Source: Chlamydiota bacterium | Lineage (GTDB): Bacteria > Chlamydiota > Chlamydiia > Chlamydiales > RGXB01 | Direction: 5' to 3' | Length of the DNA: 64,000 nucleotides | Assembly (NCBI GenBank): GCA_947494155.1 | Contig: CANLTW010000001.1 | Location: forward strand, 64,001 to 128,000 | Shown: positions 1 through 9,697 of the stretch, in pieces | How positions within the stretch are numbered: position 1 is the first letter of the stretch | How the letters are laid out: the number at the start of each line of letters is the position of its first letter | Notes under the pieces: model-generated | Database searches by the model: none | What the model saw: the letters and a program-made list of their open reading frames with translations, nothing else | What the model was told of the DNA's origin: nothing | Position numbers and translations under genes: made by a program

Positions 1-1270
1 ACGCTGCCCCTCTAATAAAATTTTAGTTATTTATGGCCGAGTGGGTTTTGGAAAAACCATCCAGTGCCACCACGGCGGTGGCCGTATTGTTTGGCCGCTC
101 ATTCAGGGATATGCTTTCTTGGATCTAACTCCTAAAACAATCCATATCTCGTTAAAAGGGGCGTTATCTCAACAAAATATCCGTGTGAACATCCCCAGCA
201 CTTTTACAGTGGCTTTGGGAGTAAATCCCGAAATCATGCAAAACGCTGCTATTCGTCTATTAGACCTGGACGCACGCAGCATAGAGATGATGGCTACCGA
301 AATCATCACCGGTCAACTCCGTTTAACGATAGCCTCTTTGCGTATTGAAGAGATCAACCAAGACCGGGAACGGTTTTTGGAAGCAATTAAAGATAATATC
401 GAGGAGGAGCTCCATAAGATCGGATTAACTCTTCTTAATGTCAACATCACCGACATCACGGATGAATCGGAGTACATCGACAGCATCGGAAAAAAAGCCT
501 CTTCCACAGCGGTCAACCAGGCAAAAGTCGATGTTGCGGAACAAGAAAAGCAGGGTGAGGTGGGTAAAGCTTCTCAAGAAAGAGATTGTAGAATTCTTGT
601 CGCCAGTTACAACGCCGATGCCGTACGGGGAGAAAATGAGTCCGCTGCAGAGATCGCCGCAACAAACGCTATGCTTGCAGAAAAAGAGGCTGAGGCAAAA
701 CGTAGAAGTCAGACCGCTCTAGAGCAAGCCGAAGCCGAGATCCAAAAAGCCAAGTCGCTTGCAAATACACATAGGCTTGAGGCTGAACAGATCGTTCCAC
801 AAGAAATTCAGAAACGGAAAATTGAAATCGAGGCCCAAGCTGAGGCTCAAAGTAAGATTCTAGTCGCTAAAGGGGAAGCGGAGGCGATTCTCCTGATTAA
901 AGAGGCGGAAGCCTTAGGAATCCAAAAGATTCTCGACGCAAAGGCCCGCGGGTACAAACAGCTTATAGATGCCTGTAATCAAGATGCCCAGAGCGCTTCT
1001 ACGATGTTATTGATGGAAAAACTCGAAACGATGGTTTCTTTGCAAACTGAGGCAATTAAAAACATCAAAATTGATAAAATCACCGTTTGGGACTCGGGAA
1101 ACCAGGGGGACAATCAAAAATCGACAACCTCTAACTTTTTAAGCCAATTTATGAAATCCCTCCCCCCTCTCCACGATGTTGCAGGGATGGCAGGGTTGAA
1201 AATGCCCGATTATCTGGGGACAGTGAAAACATCTCAAGAATCTTCAGAAAAAGAGTTTCAACTCCAATAA
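1..1270 (+). CDS. Flotillin/SPFH (band 7) family protein, 5'-truncated by the window edge
   Basis: Frame is open from nt 2 (RCPSNKILVIYGRVG), followed by GGGRIVWPLIQ, GQLRLTIASL.IEEINQDR, an Ala/Glu-rich coiled coil and IKIDKITVWD, all typical of bacterial flotillins. Confidence 0.9.
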   Translation, partial: RCPSNKILVIYGRVGFGKTIQCHHGGGRIVWPLIQGYAFLDLTPKTIHISLKGALSQQNIRVNIPSTFTVALGVNPEIMQNAAIRLLDLDARSIEMMATEIITGQLRLTIASLRIEEINQDRERFLEAIKDNIEEELHKIGLTLLNVNITDITDESEYIDSIGKKASSTAVNQAKVDVAEQEKQGEVGKASQERDCRILVASYNADAVRGENESAAEIAATNAMLAEKEAEAKRRSQTALEQAEAEIQKAKSLANTHRLEAEQIVPQEIQKRKIEIEAQAEAQSKILVAKGEAEAILLIKEAEALGIQKILDAKARGYKQLIDACNQDAQSASTMLLMEKLETMVSLQTEAIKNIKIDKITVWDSGNQGDNQKSTTSNFLSQFMKSLPPLHDVAGMAGLKMPDYLGTVKTSQESSEKEFQLQ

Positions 1271-1277
1271 AAAAAGA

Positions 1278-1327
1278 CTTTAGTCGCTTTTTTTGTCCGT
1301 TTTTTTGGACAAAACCAGCGACTAAAG
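1278..1327. terminator. Long hairpin between convergent genes (probable bidirectional terminator)
   Basis: Outer stem ctttagtcgct...agcgactaaag and inner stem tttgtcc...ggacaaa, between the flotillin and PP2C-like stop codons. Confidence 0.75.
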
Positions 1328-1357
1328 CCCTATTTACTTACAAAAAGCATCTCTACT

Positions 1358-2497
1358 TTACCCCCTTTTCTCTTGGAAGCTGACCAATACAACTCCTGAG
1401 AACTCTTTGATCTCTCTCCCCATCGGCATCGCTTTAACAATCACGTGTTGCAAAGACGATTTGGGATCGCTTTCGATCGCCTCTTCAAAAAGCTCGATAG
1501 GGTAGCTCTCAAAGAAGGGTTTGGTGCCCATAACAAGCGTCTCTTTTCCTTGTAAGGGATAACAGGTAATTTTAGGTTTTGCGCTGATAGGCCATAAAGG
1601 TCTATCCAGACCACGGTAGCTATTAAACGACAAAAGACCCAAAGCCCTCGACTGGGAGACCCCCTCCTTTGTATTTGGCCACCTGTATTCACCAGAAAAA
1701 GGGAGATAACAACTCCCCCTTTGCTCGTGTAAAGCCTTCAGGGCTTTATCTAGGCGTTGGATATCTTTTTTTGACGAAAAATTTCTGATATTGCTGAGTG
1801 GAATTCCACCCCCTTTTGTCTGGTTACGAATCAAGTACGCCCTAGGGTTCCCGAGAGTCGCCGTATACAAAACCGCATTGGCATGATCTATAAGACATAC
1901 GATTCCACCCGCTCCCTGGTGTGCAAAGTTGCGGTTAGATAAAACGTTAGCCTCCAATTCATGAAATGTCCGCAATAGAACCTCCCTCGGGGAAAGCCCC
2001 TGAGCGACTAGAGCTCTGATAACCACTTGGCAGCGCGATTGTAGAAAATCGGCGACATCCCTACCGTTAATCCCCTCAAAAAGGGTGAAAGCGGTCATGG
2101 GATTTGCAGGGTCAATTCTCTGATCGATTTGCCTAAACTCTGTTTTATTGCACTCTTTGAAGACAAAACACTCCTTGCAAATAACGCCGTTTGTCCTTTT
2201 TGCAAGCTCTGAGCGCACTTTACGCTCGTATTCTGCCGGATCTATTCTTAACGTCCGCTTTTCGGTTAAAGCCTTGAAAAGATTTTTCATCAGCTTTTCG
2301 CCATCTTCTTGAATAATACGATCTCTGGAAAAAAGAGATCCCATACCCCTTCTTGAAGTGCAGCCCATCCCAAAAAATTCGGTGATGCTATCAAAAAATC
2401 CCTTTTCGCTCTCCTCAGGAATCTTCCTGGCGCTGCTGCAAAAATCGAAAAAGGAGCCCCCTACATTCTCTGTAGAGCCTCCGGTTTTTGTACTCAT
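1358..2497 (-). CDS. PP2C/PPM-fold protein with degenerate metal-binding motifs (probable pseudophosphatase)
   Basis: FTLFEGING, LYTATLGNPRAYLI, VSQSRALG and LVMGTKPFFE align with PP2C motifs. ATG 2497 has a GGAGG RBS (ORF track start is 2539). Confidence 0.75.
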   Translation of the reverse strand: MSTKTGGSTENVGGSFFDFCSSARKIPEESEKGFFDSITEFFGMGCTSRRGMGSLFSRDRIIQEDGEKLMKNLFKALTEKRTLRIDPAEYERKVRSELAKRTNGVICKECFVFKECNKTEFRQIDQRIDPANPMTAFTLFEGINGRDVADFLQSRCQVVIRALVAQGLSPREVLLRTFHELEANVLSNRNFAHQGAGGIVCLIDHANAVLYTATLGNPRAYLIRNQTKGGGIPLSNIRNFSSKKDIQRLDKALKALHEQRGSCYLPFSGEYRWPNTKEGVSQSRALGLLSFNSYRGLDRPLWPISAKPKITCYPLQGKETLVMGTKPFFESYPIELFEEAIESDPKSSLQHVIVKAMPMGREIKEFSGVVLVSFQEKRG

Positions 2498-2702
2498 AGT
2501 TAAACCTCCGCAACTATTTTTTCCAGTATAGTGGTTCAATCTATATAAGTAAAATTTTAATTTTGCATAAAGAGCTAGAAATGCTCTCTTAACATAGTGG
2601 TAGAATATTTTTTAATTTTTTTTCTGTAGACCCCCATTACCAGATGCAGCTTGCTCTTCGGAGGATTTTTCCCCTATAGTATTGATGGTAACTACTATTT
2701 TT

Positions 2703-3188
2703 ATGAAGAAAATCATTTTAGGTTTTGACCCGGGAACCGAAAAAACCGGTTGGGCGCTTTTAGCACAAGTGCAGGGGAAAATCCACCTGATTGAAGCGGG
2801 ATGCATCTCTTTAAGCGCAAAAGTTTCGCTACAAAAACGGCTTGGGGAACTGTTTCGGGAAGCCTCAAAGATTCTTGAGAAATTTTCCCCCGATCAAATC
2901 GCTATCGAATCGCAGTTTGTCGGTTTGAATCCGAAGTCGACGATGGCTATTTCTATGGCTAAAGGGGTAATTCTTGCCGCTGCGGACCAAAAAAATGTAG
3001 AAGCTTTCGAATATTCGCCCCAAGAGGCTAAAAGAGGGATCACAGGAAAAGGGAACGCCACAAAAGAGGAGGTGCAAAAAATGTGCAGGCTCTTATTTCA
3101 GCGCCCTTTTGAAACCCCGTTTGACACAACCGATGCGATTGCGTTAGCCTATTGCCATCTCAACCGATCAAAAATGGGGATCTTATGA
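2703..3188 (+). CDS. ruvC: Holliday junction endonuclease RuvC
   Basis: ILGFDPG..TGW, IAIE, EYSPQEAK..ITGKGNATKEEV and D.TDAIALAYCH motifs. Confidence 0.95.
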   Translation: MKKIILGFDPGTEKTGWALLAQVQGKIHLIEAGCISLSAKVSLQKRLGELFREASKILEKFSPDQIAIESQFVGLNPKSTMAISMAKGVILAAADQKNVEAFEYSPQEAKRGITGKGNATKEEVQKMCRLLFQRPFETPFDTTDAIALAYCHLNRSKMGIL

Positions 3189-3751
3189 TAGAGTGTATCG
3201 AGGGTAAATTGATCGATCTCAATGGGCAAAAAGCAACCCTTTTTGCGTACGGGGTAGGTTACGGCATTTGGATCCCGTTAACAACGTTCGACAAAATCTG
3301 TCATCGTTTGGGCGAAACCGTTTTATTGTATACCTCGCAGATCGTTCGTGAGGATTCCAATCGCCTTTTTGGTTTCCTGGAAAAAGAGGAGAAAAAACTT
3401 TTTGAAACTCTTCACCCCCATATTGGCCCCAAAACCACCCTATCCCTTTTAGGCCACCTTTCAAAAGAGGTCTTGAAACGGGCAATAGAGCTCAAAGAGG
3501 TGCAGACTCTCATCAAAGTTCCAGGAATCGGAAAAAAATCGGCGGAGAGAATTATTGTCGAGCTCAATGGTAAACTTGACCCCTACTCTCAAGAAAATTC
3601 TTTACTTGAAGATGGCGTGCAAGCTCTAGTGAACATTGGTTACTCGGCTGTTGAAGCAAGAAAAAAAATTCTCAAGGCGCAAGAGAGTGTCTTGGAAAAA
3701 ACCGACCTACAAGAGTTATTGAAAGTTGCTCTGCAGACAAAAACCTGCTAA
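3185..3751 (+). CDS. ruvA: Holliday junction branch migration protein RuvA
   Basis: MIECIEGKL, GVGY, VRED...LFGF, VPGIGKKSAERIIVEL and ALVNIGY motifs; ATGA overlap with ruvC. Confidence 0.95.
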   Translation: MIECIEGKLIDLNGQKATLFAYGVGYGIWIPLTTFDKICHRLGETVLLYTSQIVREDSNRLFGFLEKEEKKLFETLHPHIGPKTTLSLLGHLSKEVLKRAIELKEVQTLIKVPGIGKKSAERIIVELNGKLDPYSQENSLLEDGVQALVNIGYSAVEARKKILKAQESVLEKTDLQELLKVALQTKTC

Positions 3752-3763
3752 TATTATCGCCTT

Positions 3764-5110
3764 ATGAGCGAAAAAAAGACTATTGCAGCGATCGCTACTC
3801 CTCCTGGTGATGGCGGGGTGGGGATTATCCGCATTAGCGGTCCCGAGGCTGTTGGAATTGCCAATAAAATTGTACAAATCGACCTTTTACAAAAAGAGAG
3901 CCACAAGGTCTATTTTACCAAAGCTTTAACCCCTTCTAAGGAGATCCTTGACGAGGTACTAGTCTTCAAGATGTGCACACCCCGCTCCTTTACCGGCGAA
4001 GATGTAGTAGAAATCCAGTGCCACGGGGGGCAGCTTGTTTGTAAGAAAATTCTTCAATCGGCCCTGGATTCGGGTGCTAACCTAGCCCTTCCTGGAGAGT
4101 TCACTCTAAGGGCCTTCATGAACGGCAAAATCGACCTTGCTAAAGCCGAATCGATACAGATGCTGATCCACGCCAAAAATACAGCCGCCCTAAAGGCAGC
4201 AAAAAACCAGCTTGAGGGGCACTTATCCCAAAAAATTCTTTTCTTCCAAGAGGAGCTCTTCTCTTTGGCTGCAATTTTGGAAGCCTGGGTTGATTATCCT
4301 GAAGAGGGGCTTGAATTTTTGACAACTGAGGAATTTCTGGAAAAACTCCAGGGGATCATTTTTTCTCTAAAAAAGCTGGAAAACACCTTTTTTTGTGGCA
4401 GCAAGCTAAATACCTCCACTAAACTTTGTCTGATTGGGGCACCCAACGTAGGGAAATCCTCTCTTTTGAATGCGCTGATGGAAAAAGAGCGGGCTATTGT
4501 TACCCCGATAGCCGGGACAACGCGTGATCTTATCGAGGGGGAAATCCATCTTTTTGGTCACCATTTCACTCTGATCGACACCGCCGGAATTAGAGATACC
4601 GACGAGACGATTGAGAAAGAGGGGATCCGCCGCTCCCTTGAAGCGATAGATAAAAGTGATTTAGTCCTCTTCCTTCTCGACGGCTCGCGCCCCAGGACTG
4701 AGTCCGAAAGCGCACTTTTAAAAGAGATGGATGCGCAAAAGACGATAGTGGTCACCAATAAGGCCGATCTCCTCCCTCCACGAGTGAACCCTCAAGGAGT
4801 CCTGATATCTGCAAAACACCTCACCGGTTTAGATACTTTAAAAGAGCTCTTAGTCGAATGGTTGGAGACGCAAAACGGGCAGCTCTCAAAAGAAGAGGTC
4901 ATTTTAGTTCAAGAGCGACACTTCAAAGCGATCCAGCAAGCGATCGACTTTTTAAAAACTGTCGAAATGGGGCTTAAAGAGGGAATAGGTGGCGAACTTT
5001 TAGTCATGGATCTCAAATCGGCAATCCACTCTTTATCGCTCATCATCGGACGAAATGTTACAGAAGAGGTCCTTAACCAGATCTTCAGCCGCTTTTGCGT
5101 TGGGAAATAG
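3764..5110 (+). CDS. mnmE: tRNA modification GTPase MnmE (TrmE)
   Basis: TIAAIATPPG.GGVGIIRISG, SFTGEDVVEIQCHGG, GAPNVGKSS, DTAG, NKAD and C-terminal FCVGK. Confidence 0.97.
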   Translation: MSEKKTIAAIATPPGDGGVGIIRISGPEAVGIANKIVQIDLLQKESHKVYFTKALTPSKEILDEVLVFKMCTPRSFTGEDVVEIQCHGGQLVCKKILQSALDSGANLALPGEFTLRAFMNGKIDLAKAESIQMLIHAKNTAALKAAKNQLEGHLSQKILFFQEELFSLAAILEAWVDYPEEGLEFLTTEEFLEKLQGIIFSLKKLENTFFCGSKLNTSTKLCLIGAPNVGKSSLLNALMEKERAIVTPIAGTTRDLIEGEIHLFGHHFTLIDTAGIRDTDETIEKEGIRRSLEAIDKSDLVLFLLDGSRPRTESESALLKEMDAQKTIVVTNKADLLPPRVNPQGVLISAKHLTGLDTLKELLVEWLETQNGQLSKEEVILVQERHFKAIQQAIDFLKTVEMGLKEGIGGELLVMDLKSAIHSLSLIIGRNVTEEVLNQIFSRFCVGK

Positions 5111-5115
5111 CTCTC

Positions 5116-5754
5116 ATGAGAAAATCTGAAAAAGCCTCGCGTATTTTCGCTCTGCTTAACAACTACTACCCGAGTGTGGATATCCCGCTCAAACACCGAT
5201 GCCCCTATACCCTCTTAGTCGCAGTTTTGTTATCCCAACAGAGCACCGATAAAAAAGTTAATGAGATCACTCCTGAACTTTTTGAAAAGGCCGATTCGCC
5301 CGAAAAAATGGTTGATTTAGGAATAGAGGAAATCCAAAAAATCATTCGCCCTATAGGACTTGCTCCCCAAAAAGCGAAAAACCTCTATGCCTTATCAAAA
5401 ATGCTGTTGGAACATTTTCAGGGTAAAGTTCCCCCTAGACTCGAAGAGCTTATGCAACTCCCTGGAGTGGGGAGAAAAACGGCTCTTTGCGTTTTAGCTC
5501 AAGCCTTTCATCAGGATGCTTTTCCCATAGACACACATATCCTGCGACTCGCAAACCGTTGGGGACTCTCCAAATCCAAAAATCCTCTTCGGGTTGAAGA
5601 GGATTTAAAAAAACTTTTTTTGAAGAGCTCTTGGTCCAAGGTGCATCTTCAAATCATTTTTGCCGGAAGAGAATTTTGCAAAGCCTCCCCACATGACCCG
5701 CAAAAATGCCCTTTTTGCTCCAGCCTAATCTCAACCAAAAAGCCCCTAGATTGA
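5116..5754 (+). CDS. nth: Endonuclease III
   Basis: LLVAVLLSQQSTD, HhH LPGVGRKTA, PIDTHILR and a C-terminal Cys/His Fe-S motif. Confidence 0.93.
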   Translation: MRKSEKASRIFALLNNYYPSVDIPLKHRCPYTLLVAVLLSQQSTDKKVNEITPELFEKADSPEKMVDLGIEEIQKIIRPIGLAPQKAKNLYALSKMLLEHFQGKVPPRLEELMQLPGVGRKTALCVLAQAFHQDAFPIDTHILRLANRWGLSKSKNPLRVEEDLKKLFLKSSWSKVHLQIIFAGREFCKASPHDPQKCPFCSSLISTKKPLD

Positions 5755-6594
5755 GGCGATCGGCTGCCCCATTTTAATCAAAACCTCCCCTTCAGGAAAA
5801 TCGAGATCCTCCTCCACAACGACCCCCTCTTTTAAAAGAAGAACGCACATCGATCCGCCAAAAGAAAAATGCCCTAACTCGTCCCCCTTTTTCACCTCAT
5901 CCCCCTCTTTTACTTTGAGGTGAATTGTACCTACAAATGTCGCTCCGACTAATACCATCGCGTAGGTTTCAAATTCTAAAAGTACTCTTTTATTCTCGTG
6001 CAAAATCGATAAATTCTGTTTCAGCGCTATAGGAGAAACCGAAAACAGAGGACCGTTCATTTTTTTAACCGATAGAATTTTCCCATCCATGGGGGCATGT
6101 AATCTATGGTAATCTTGTGGAGCCAAACGGACCGTTAAAATTTTTCCATTCTCAAATTTTTTTGCGATATTTTTGTCCTTAACAAGCCTTTCTAGCGAAA
6201 AATTTTTCCCCTTTACATCAAACGTTTTCTCTTGAATCACCTTCACTCTGCCGTCCGCTGGGCTGATCAACTTTTTTTCATCAAGATAGATAGGGCGCGC
6301 GCAAGATTTAAGCCTCCTTTCAAAAAAGTCTGAGAAGGTCGGGAACTCGCTTGCAAGAAATTCGTCTCTTTTGACCTTGTATTTTTCTATAAAAGGGTCA
6401 ATAGATTTTTTGCTGTAAGCGCTTTTTTGAAATTGCGCATAGGCCCAGCCCAAAAACGGGACATGGGCTAACAAAAATCGGGCGATTTTGCTAATTAGAT
6501 TGTCTTTATATAGCCACACCAATGCATTTTTTGCGGGGGGCTCTTCTTCAAGTATCTGTTTGGATTCTCTGTCGAGTAGTTTAATCGATGTCAT
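5746..6594 (-). CDS. psd: Phosphatidylserine decarboxylase proenzyme
   Basis: F.DFF.R.LK, ISPADG, RLAPQDYHRLHAP, VGATFVG and self-cleavage motif FGGS. Confidence 0.93.
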   Translation of the reverse strand: MTSIKLLDRESKQILEEEPPAKNALVWLYKDNLISKIARFLLAHVPFLGWAYAQFQKSAYSKKSIDPFIEKYKVKRDEFLASEFPTFSDFFERRLKSCARPIYLDEKKLISPADGRVKVIQEKTFDVKGKNFSLERLVKDKNIAKKFENGKILTVRLAPQDYHRLHAPMDGKILSVKKMNGPLFSVSPIALKQNLSILHENKRVLLEFETYAMVLVGATFVGTIHLKVKEGDEVKKGDELGHFSFGGSMCVLLLKEGVVVEEDLDFPEGEVLIKMGQPIASI

Positions 6595-6654
6595 AAAAAT
6601 TGATTATATCTTTCACATCGTTTATGCTCAAGGATCAAGAATTAGGGTTTTTTC

Positions 6655-9633
6655 ATGATTTTCGACCTTTTAAAACGGATATTTGGCACACAGCAGACTC
6701 GCATGGTCCGCAAGTACTTCAAAATTGTTCAAAAGATCAATAAAGAAGAAGAGAAACTCCAACCTCTTTCCGATGAGGCGATCCGCTCTAAAACAGCCGA
6801 GTTTAGAGCCCGTTTAGAAAAGGGCGAGACGACCGATGATCTTATGGTTGAGGCTTACGCCGTTGTGAAAAACGTCTGCCGCCGTCTTGTAGGGACCGAT
6901 GTTCATGTATCAGGATACGATCAAAAATGGGATATGATCCCCTACGATGTGCAGCTTGTGGGGGCGATTGCAATGCACCATCAAACGATTTGCGAAATGC
7001 AAACAGGGGAAGGAAAAACGCTCACCGCCTCCATGCCTGCTTACTTGCATGGCCTTACGGGGAAGGGTGTGCACGTTGTAACCGTAAACGACTATCTGGC
7101 TAAAAGGGACTGTCAATGGATTGGCGTCATCTTTAGATGGCTTGGATTAGATGTTCGCGCATTGACAAACGAAACCTCTCCTATGGAAAAACAAGATACG
7201 TACAACGCCGATATCATTTATGGTACCGCTTCTGAATTCGGATTTGATTATCTCAGAGACAACTCTATGGCCCAAGATGTAGAGGAGCAGTGCCAGCGCA
7301 AACACTATTTTGCCATCATCGACGAGGTCGATTCGATCCTTATCGACGAGGCGAGGACCCCACTCATTATCTCTGGTCCAGCTGGAGAGACGCGTCAGAT
7401 GTACGATGAATTAAAAGAGGATGTCAACGACCTCGTAGCGCTGCAAAAAAGGTACTGCAACACTTTGGCCGAACAGGCTAGAACCATTTTAGACAAAATG
7501 GGTCTTTTCAAAGATTTAGAAGAGCAACCGAAGCTTACAAAAGAGCAAACGAAGCTGAAAAATGAGGCGATTCGCCTCCTTTGGAAGGTCTCTAAAGGGG
7601 TCCCCACCAATAAAATTTTATGCCAGGCAAAAGAGCTCCCTGACATCCGTGCCGACTTAGAAAATCTGGAAACCTATTTGCATGCTGAAGTCAATAAAGA
7701 GGAAAAAATCGAGCTCTTAACCGACCTTTACCTGATTATCGATGAGAGATCGAATGATTTCGAGTTGACCGATAAAGGGATTCACGCCTGGAAAGGGGGA
7801 GCCGAAGACTTCACCCTTGTTGACCTCACAGAAGTTTTTCAAAACATCGATGAGATGCCCCTCTCAGAAGAGGAAAAAATGAAGGAGCGGGTGAAAGTAC
7901 GTGAAGAGGACTCTTTGAAAAAAGAGCGCGCTCACAACTTGCGTCAGCTTTTCCGAGCCCATTTGACGATGGAAAAAGATGTGGATTATATCGTTCAGGA
8001 AAAAAAGGTCATCATTATTGATGAAAACACGGGCCGTCCGCAGCCGGGTCGCCGTTTTTCTGATGGATTGCATCAGGCAATAGAAGCAAAAGAGAATCTA
8101 CCCGTCCAAAGAGAAACACAGACCTACGCAACTATCACTTTGCAAAACTACTTCAGGATGTACGAGCGGCTTGCAGGGATGACTGGTACTGCAATGACCG
8201 AAGCGACCGAATTTAAACAGATTTATAACCTCGAAGTTTTGCAGATCCCCACCAATCGGCCTAACCAAAGAGCCGATGCCGATGACGAAATTTACATGAC
8301 CGAAAGGGAAAAATTCCAGGCGATCCTCAAGGACATTCAGGAAAAACATAAAATCGGACGCCCGGTACTTGTGGGTACGGAGACTGTTGAGGCATCAGAG
8401 AAATTTTCCAGAATTTTACAACAAGCCGGTTTGCCACATCACGTGTTAAATGCAAAACAGCCCGAAAAAGAGGCTGAAATTATTGCGATGGCGGGGCAAA
8501 AAGGGGCAATCACCGTCTCCACCAATATGGCAGGACGGGGAACCGATATCAAGCTGACCAAAGAGGTGGAATCTTTTGGTGGGCTCCATGTCGTGGGAAC
8601 GACCCGTCACCAATCACGCCGTATCGATAGACAGCTTCGTGGTAGATCGGGGCGTCAAGGAGATAAAGGGAGCTCTAAGTTTTACGTCTCTTTTGAAGAT
8701 CCTCTGATGCGTCTGTTCACCTCCCCGAAATTGAGTCAGTTTCTGGTTCGCTTCCGTCCTCCTGAAGGGGAAGCTATTACCGGAGGGTTGATCAATCGCT
8801 CGATCGAAACAGCTCAAAAAAGGGTCGAACAGAGAAACTATGCGATCCGCAAACACACTCTCGAGTATGACGACGTGATGAATTTGCAACGTCAAGAGGT
8901 GTATGCTTTCCGGAACGACATCTTGAAAAATCCTAACCCTTTTTCTATCGGGAAAAAAGTTCTTGAGGGAGTTTGCTCCATTTTGGTCGAAAAAGAGTTT
9001 AAAGAGACTCCACGAATCGATGCAGACAAGATGCGAAAATTTCAAGAGACCGTTTTTGCTCATATGCCGATTCGTTTTACCGAGGAAGAAATCGAAGCAC
9101 GATACGAATCCATTCAAGAACTTGAGGCCCTTTTTGTCAAAAAAGCGGTCGATATGTACGTAAAAAAACTTGACCATGAAGCAAAAATGATTGCCATGAT
9201 TCAAACAGCAGCCGGTAAACAAGTGGAGCCCCGCTCGGTTTTACAGGGTGTTTTGCGAAATGTTTTTATACGCAACATCGATCATCTATGGCAACAACAT
9301 CTTCTTTCAATCGATCATTTGCGTACCGAGGTTGGTCTATTGACTATTGCGCAAAAAGACCCTCTCTTAGAGTTCAAGCATGAAGCCTTCCGCCTCTTCC
9401 TGCTTTTCCGCGAAGACCTTTATCAGGAAATTACTCATGCTATTTTTTCCATGCAAATGATGTTGCCGAATTCGGAAAAACTCTTGCAAAGTTTGAAGAC
9501 CATCTCCATTCGAGAAATGCCCGGTTTTATTTCGAGCCAAAATTTGGAAACTATTGATGTTTTGATGGAACCGCATGCCTTTAAGCAACCCTCTCACCCG
9601 AAAATCGTAGAGCTTGAAACGGCACATCCCTGA
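6655..9633 (+). CDS. secA: Preprotein translocase subunit SecA
   Basis: EMQTGEGKT, VTVNDYLA, IIDEVDSILIDEARTPLIISG, STNMAGRGTDI and RRIDRQLRGRSGRQGD. Confidence 0.98.
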   Translation: MIFDLLKRIFGTQQTRMVRKYFKIVQKINKEEEKLQPLSDEAIRSKTAEFRARLEKGETTDDLMVEAYAVVKNVCRRLVGTDVHVSGYDQKWDMIPYDVQLVGAIAMHHQTICEMQTGEGKTLTASMPAYLHGLTGKGVHVVTVNDYLAKRDCQWIGVIFRWLGLDVRALTNETSPMEKQDTYNADIIYGTASEFGFDYLRDNSMAQDVEEQCQRKHYFAIIDEVDSILIDEARTPLIISGPAGETRQMYDELKEDVNDLVALQKRYCNTLAEQARTILDKMGLFKDLEEQPKLTKEQTKLKNEAIRLLWKVSKGVPTNKILCQAKELPDIRADLENLETYLHAEVNKEEKIELLTDLYLIIDERSNDFELTDKGIHAWKGGAEDFTLVDLTEVFQNIDEMPLSEEEKMKERVKVREEDSLKKERAHNLRQLFRAHLTMEKDVDYIVQEKKVIIIDENTGRPQPGRRFSDGLHQAIEAKENLPVQRETQTYATITLQNYFRMYERLAGMTGTAMTEATEFKQIYNLEVLQIPTNRPNQRADADDEIYMTEREKFQAILKDIQEKHKIGRPVLVGTETVEASEKFSRILQQAGLPHHVLNAKQPEKEAEIIAMAGQKGAITVSTNMAGRGTDIKLTKEVESFGGLHVVGTTRHQSRRIDRQLRGRSGRQGDKGSSKFYVSFEDPLMRLFTSPKLSQFLVRFRPPEGEAITGGLINRSIETAQKRVEQRNYAIRKHTLEYDDVMNLQRQEVYAFRNDILKNPNPFSIGKKVLEGVCSILVEKEFKETPRIDADKMRKFQETVFAHMPIRFTEEEIEARYESIQELEALFVKKAVDMYVKKLDHEAKMIAMIQTAAGKQVEPRSVLQGVLRNVFIRNIDHLWQQHLLSIDHLRTEVGLLTIAQKDPLLEFKHEAFRLFLLFREDLYQEITHAIFSMQMMLPNSEKLLQSLKTISIREMPGFISSQNLETIDVLMEPHAFKQPSHPKIVELETAHP

Positions 9634-9697
9634 ACAAATTTCCCCAATAGATCTCTTTTTATCCTTTTTTAAAAAGAGATCTATTCAATCAGATGCC

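Noticed and set aside
2703..3751. ruvC-ruvA without ruvB
   Set aside because: ruvB is normally unlinked in chlamydial genomes, so its absence from this window is uninformative.
5670..5725. Endonuclease III with only three Cys in the Fe-S motif
   Set aside because: From recall, a His-substituted C..H..C..C pattern is normal for chlamydial Nth, so it is not novel.
8614..9222. Long antisense ORFs (202 aa in secA, 197 aa at 29068-29661 in mutL, and others in the track)
   Set aside because: They are shadow frames opposite well-conserved genes with no recognisable motifs.
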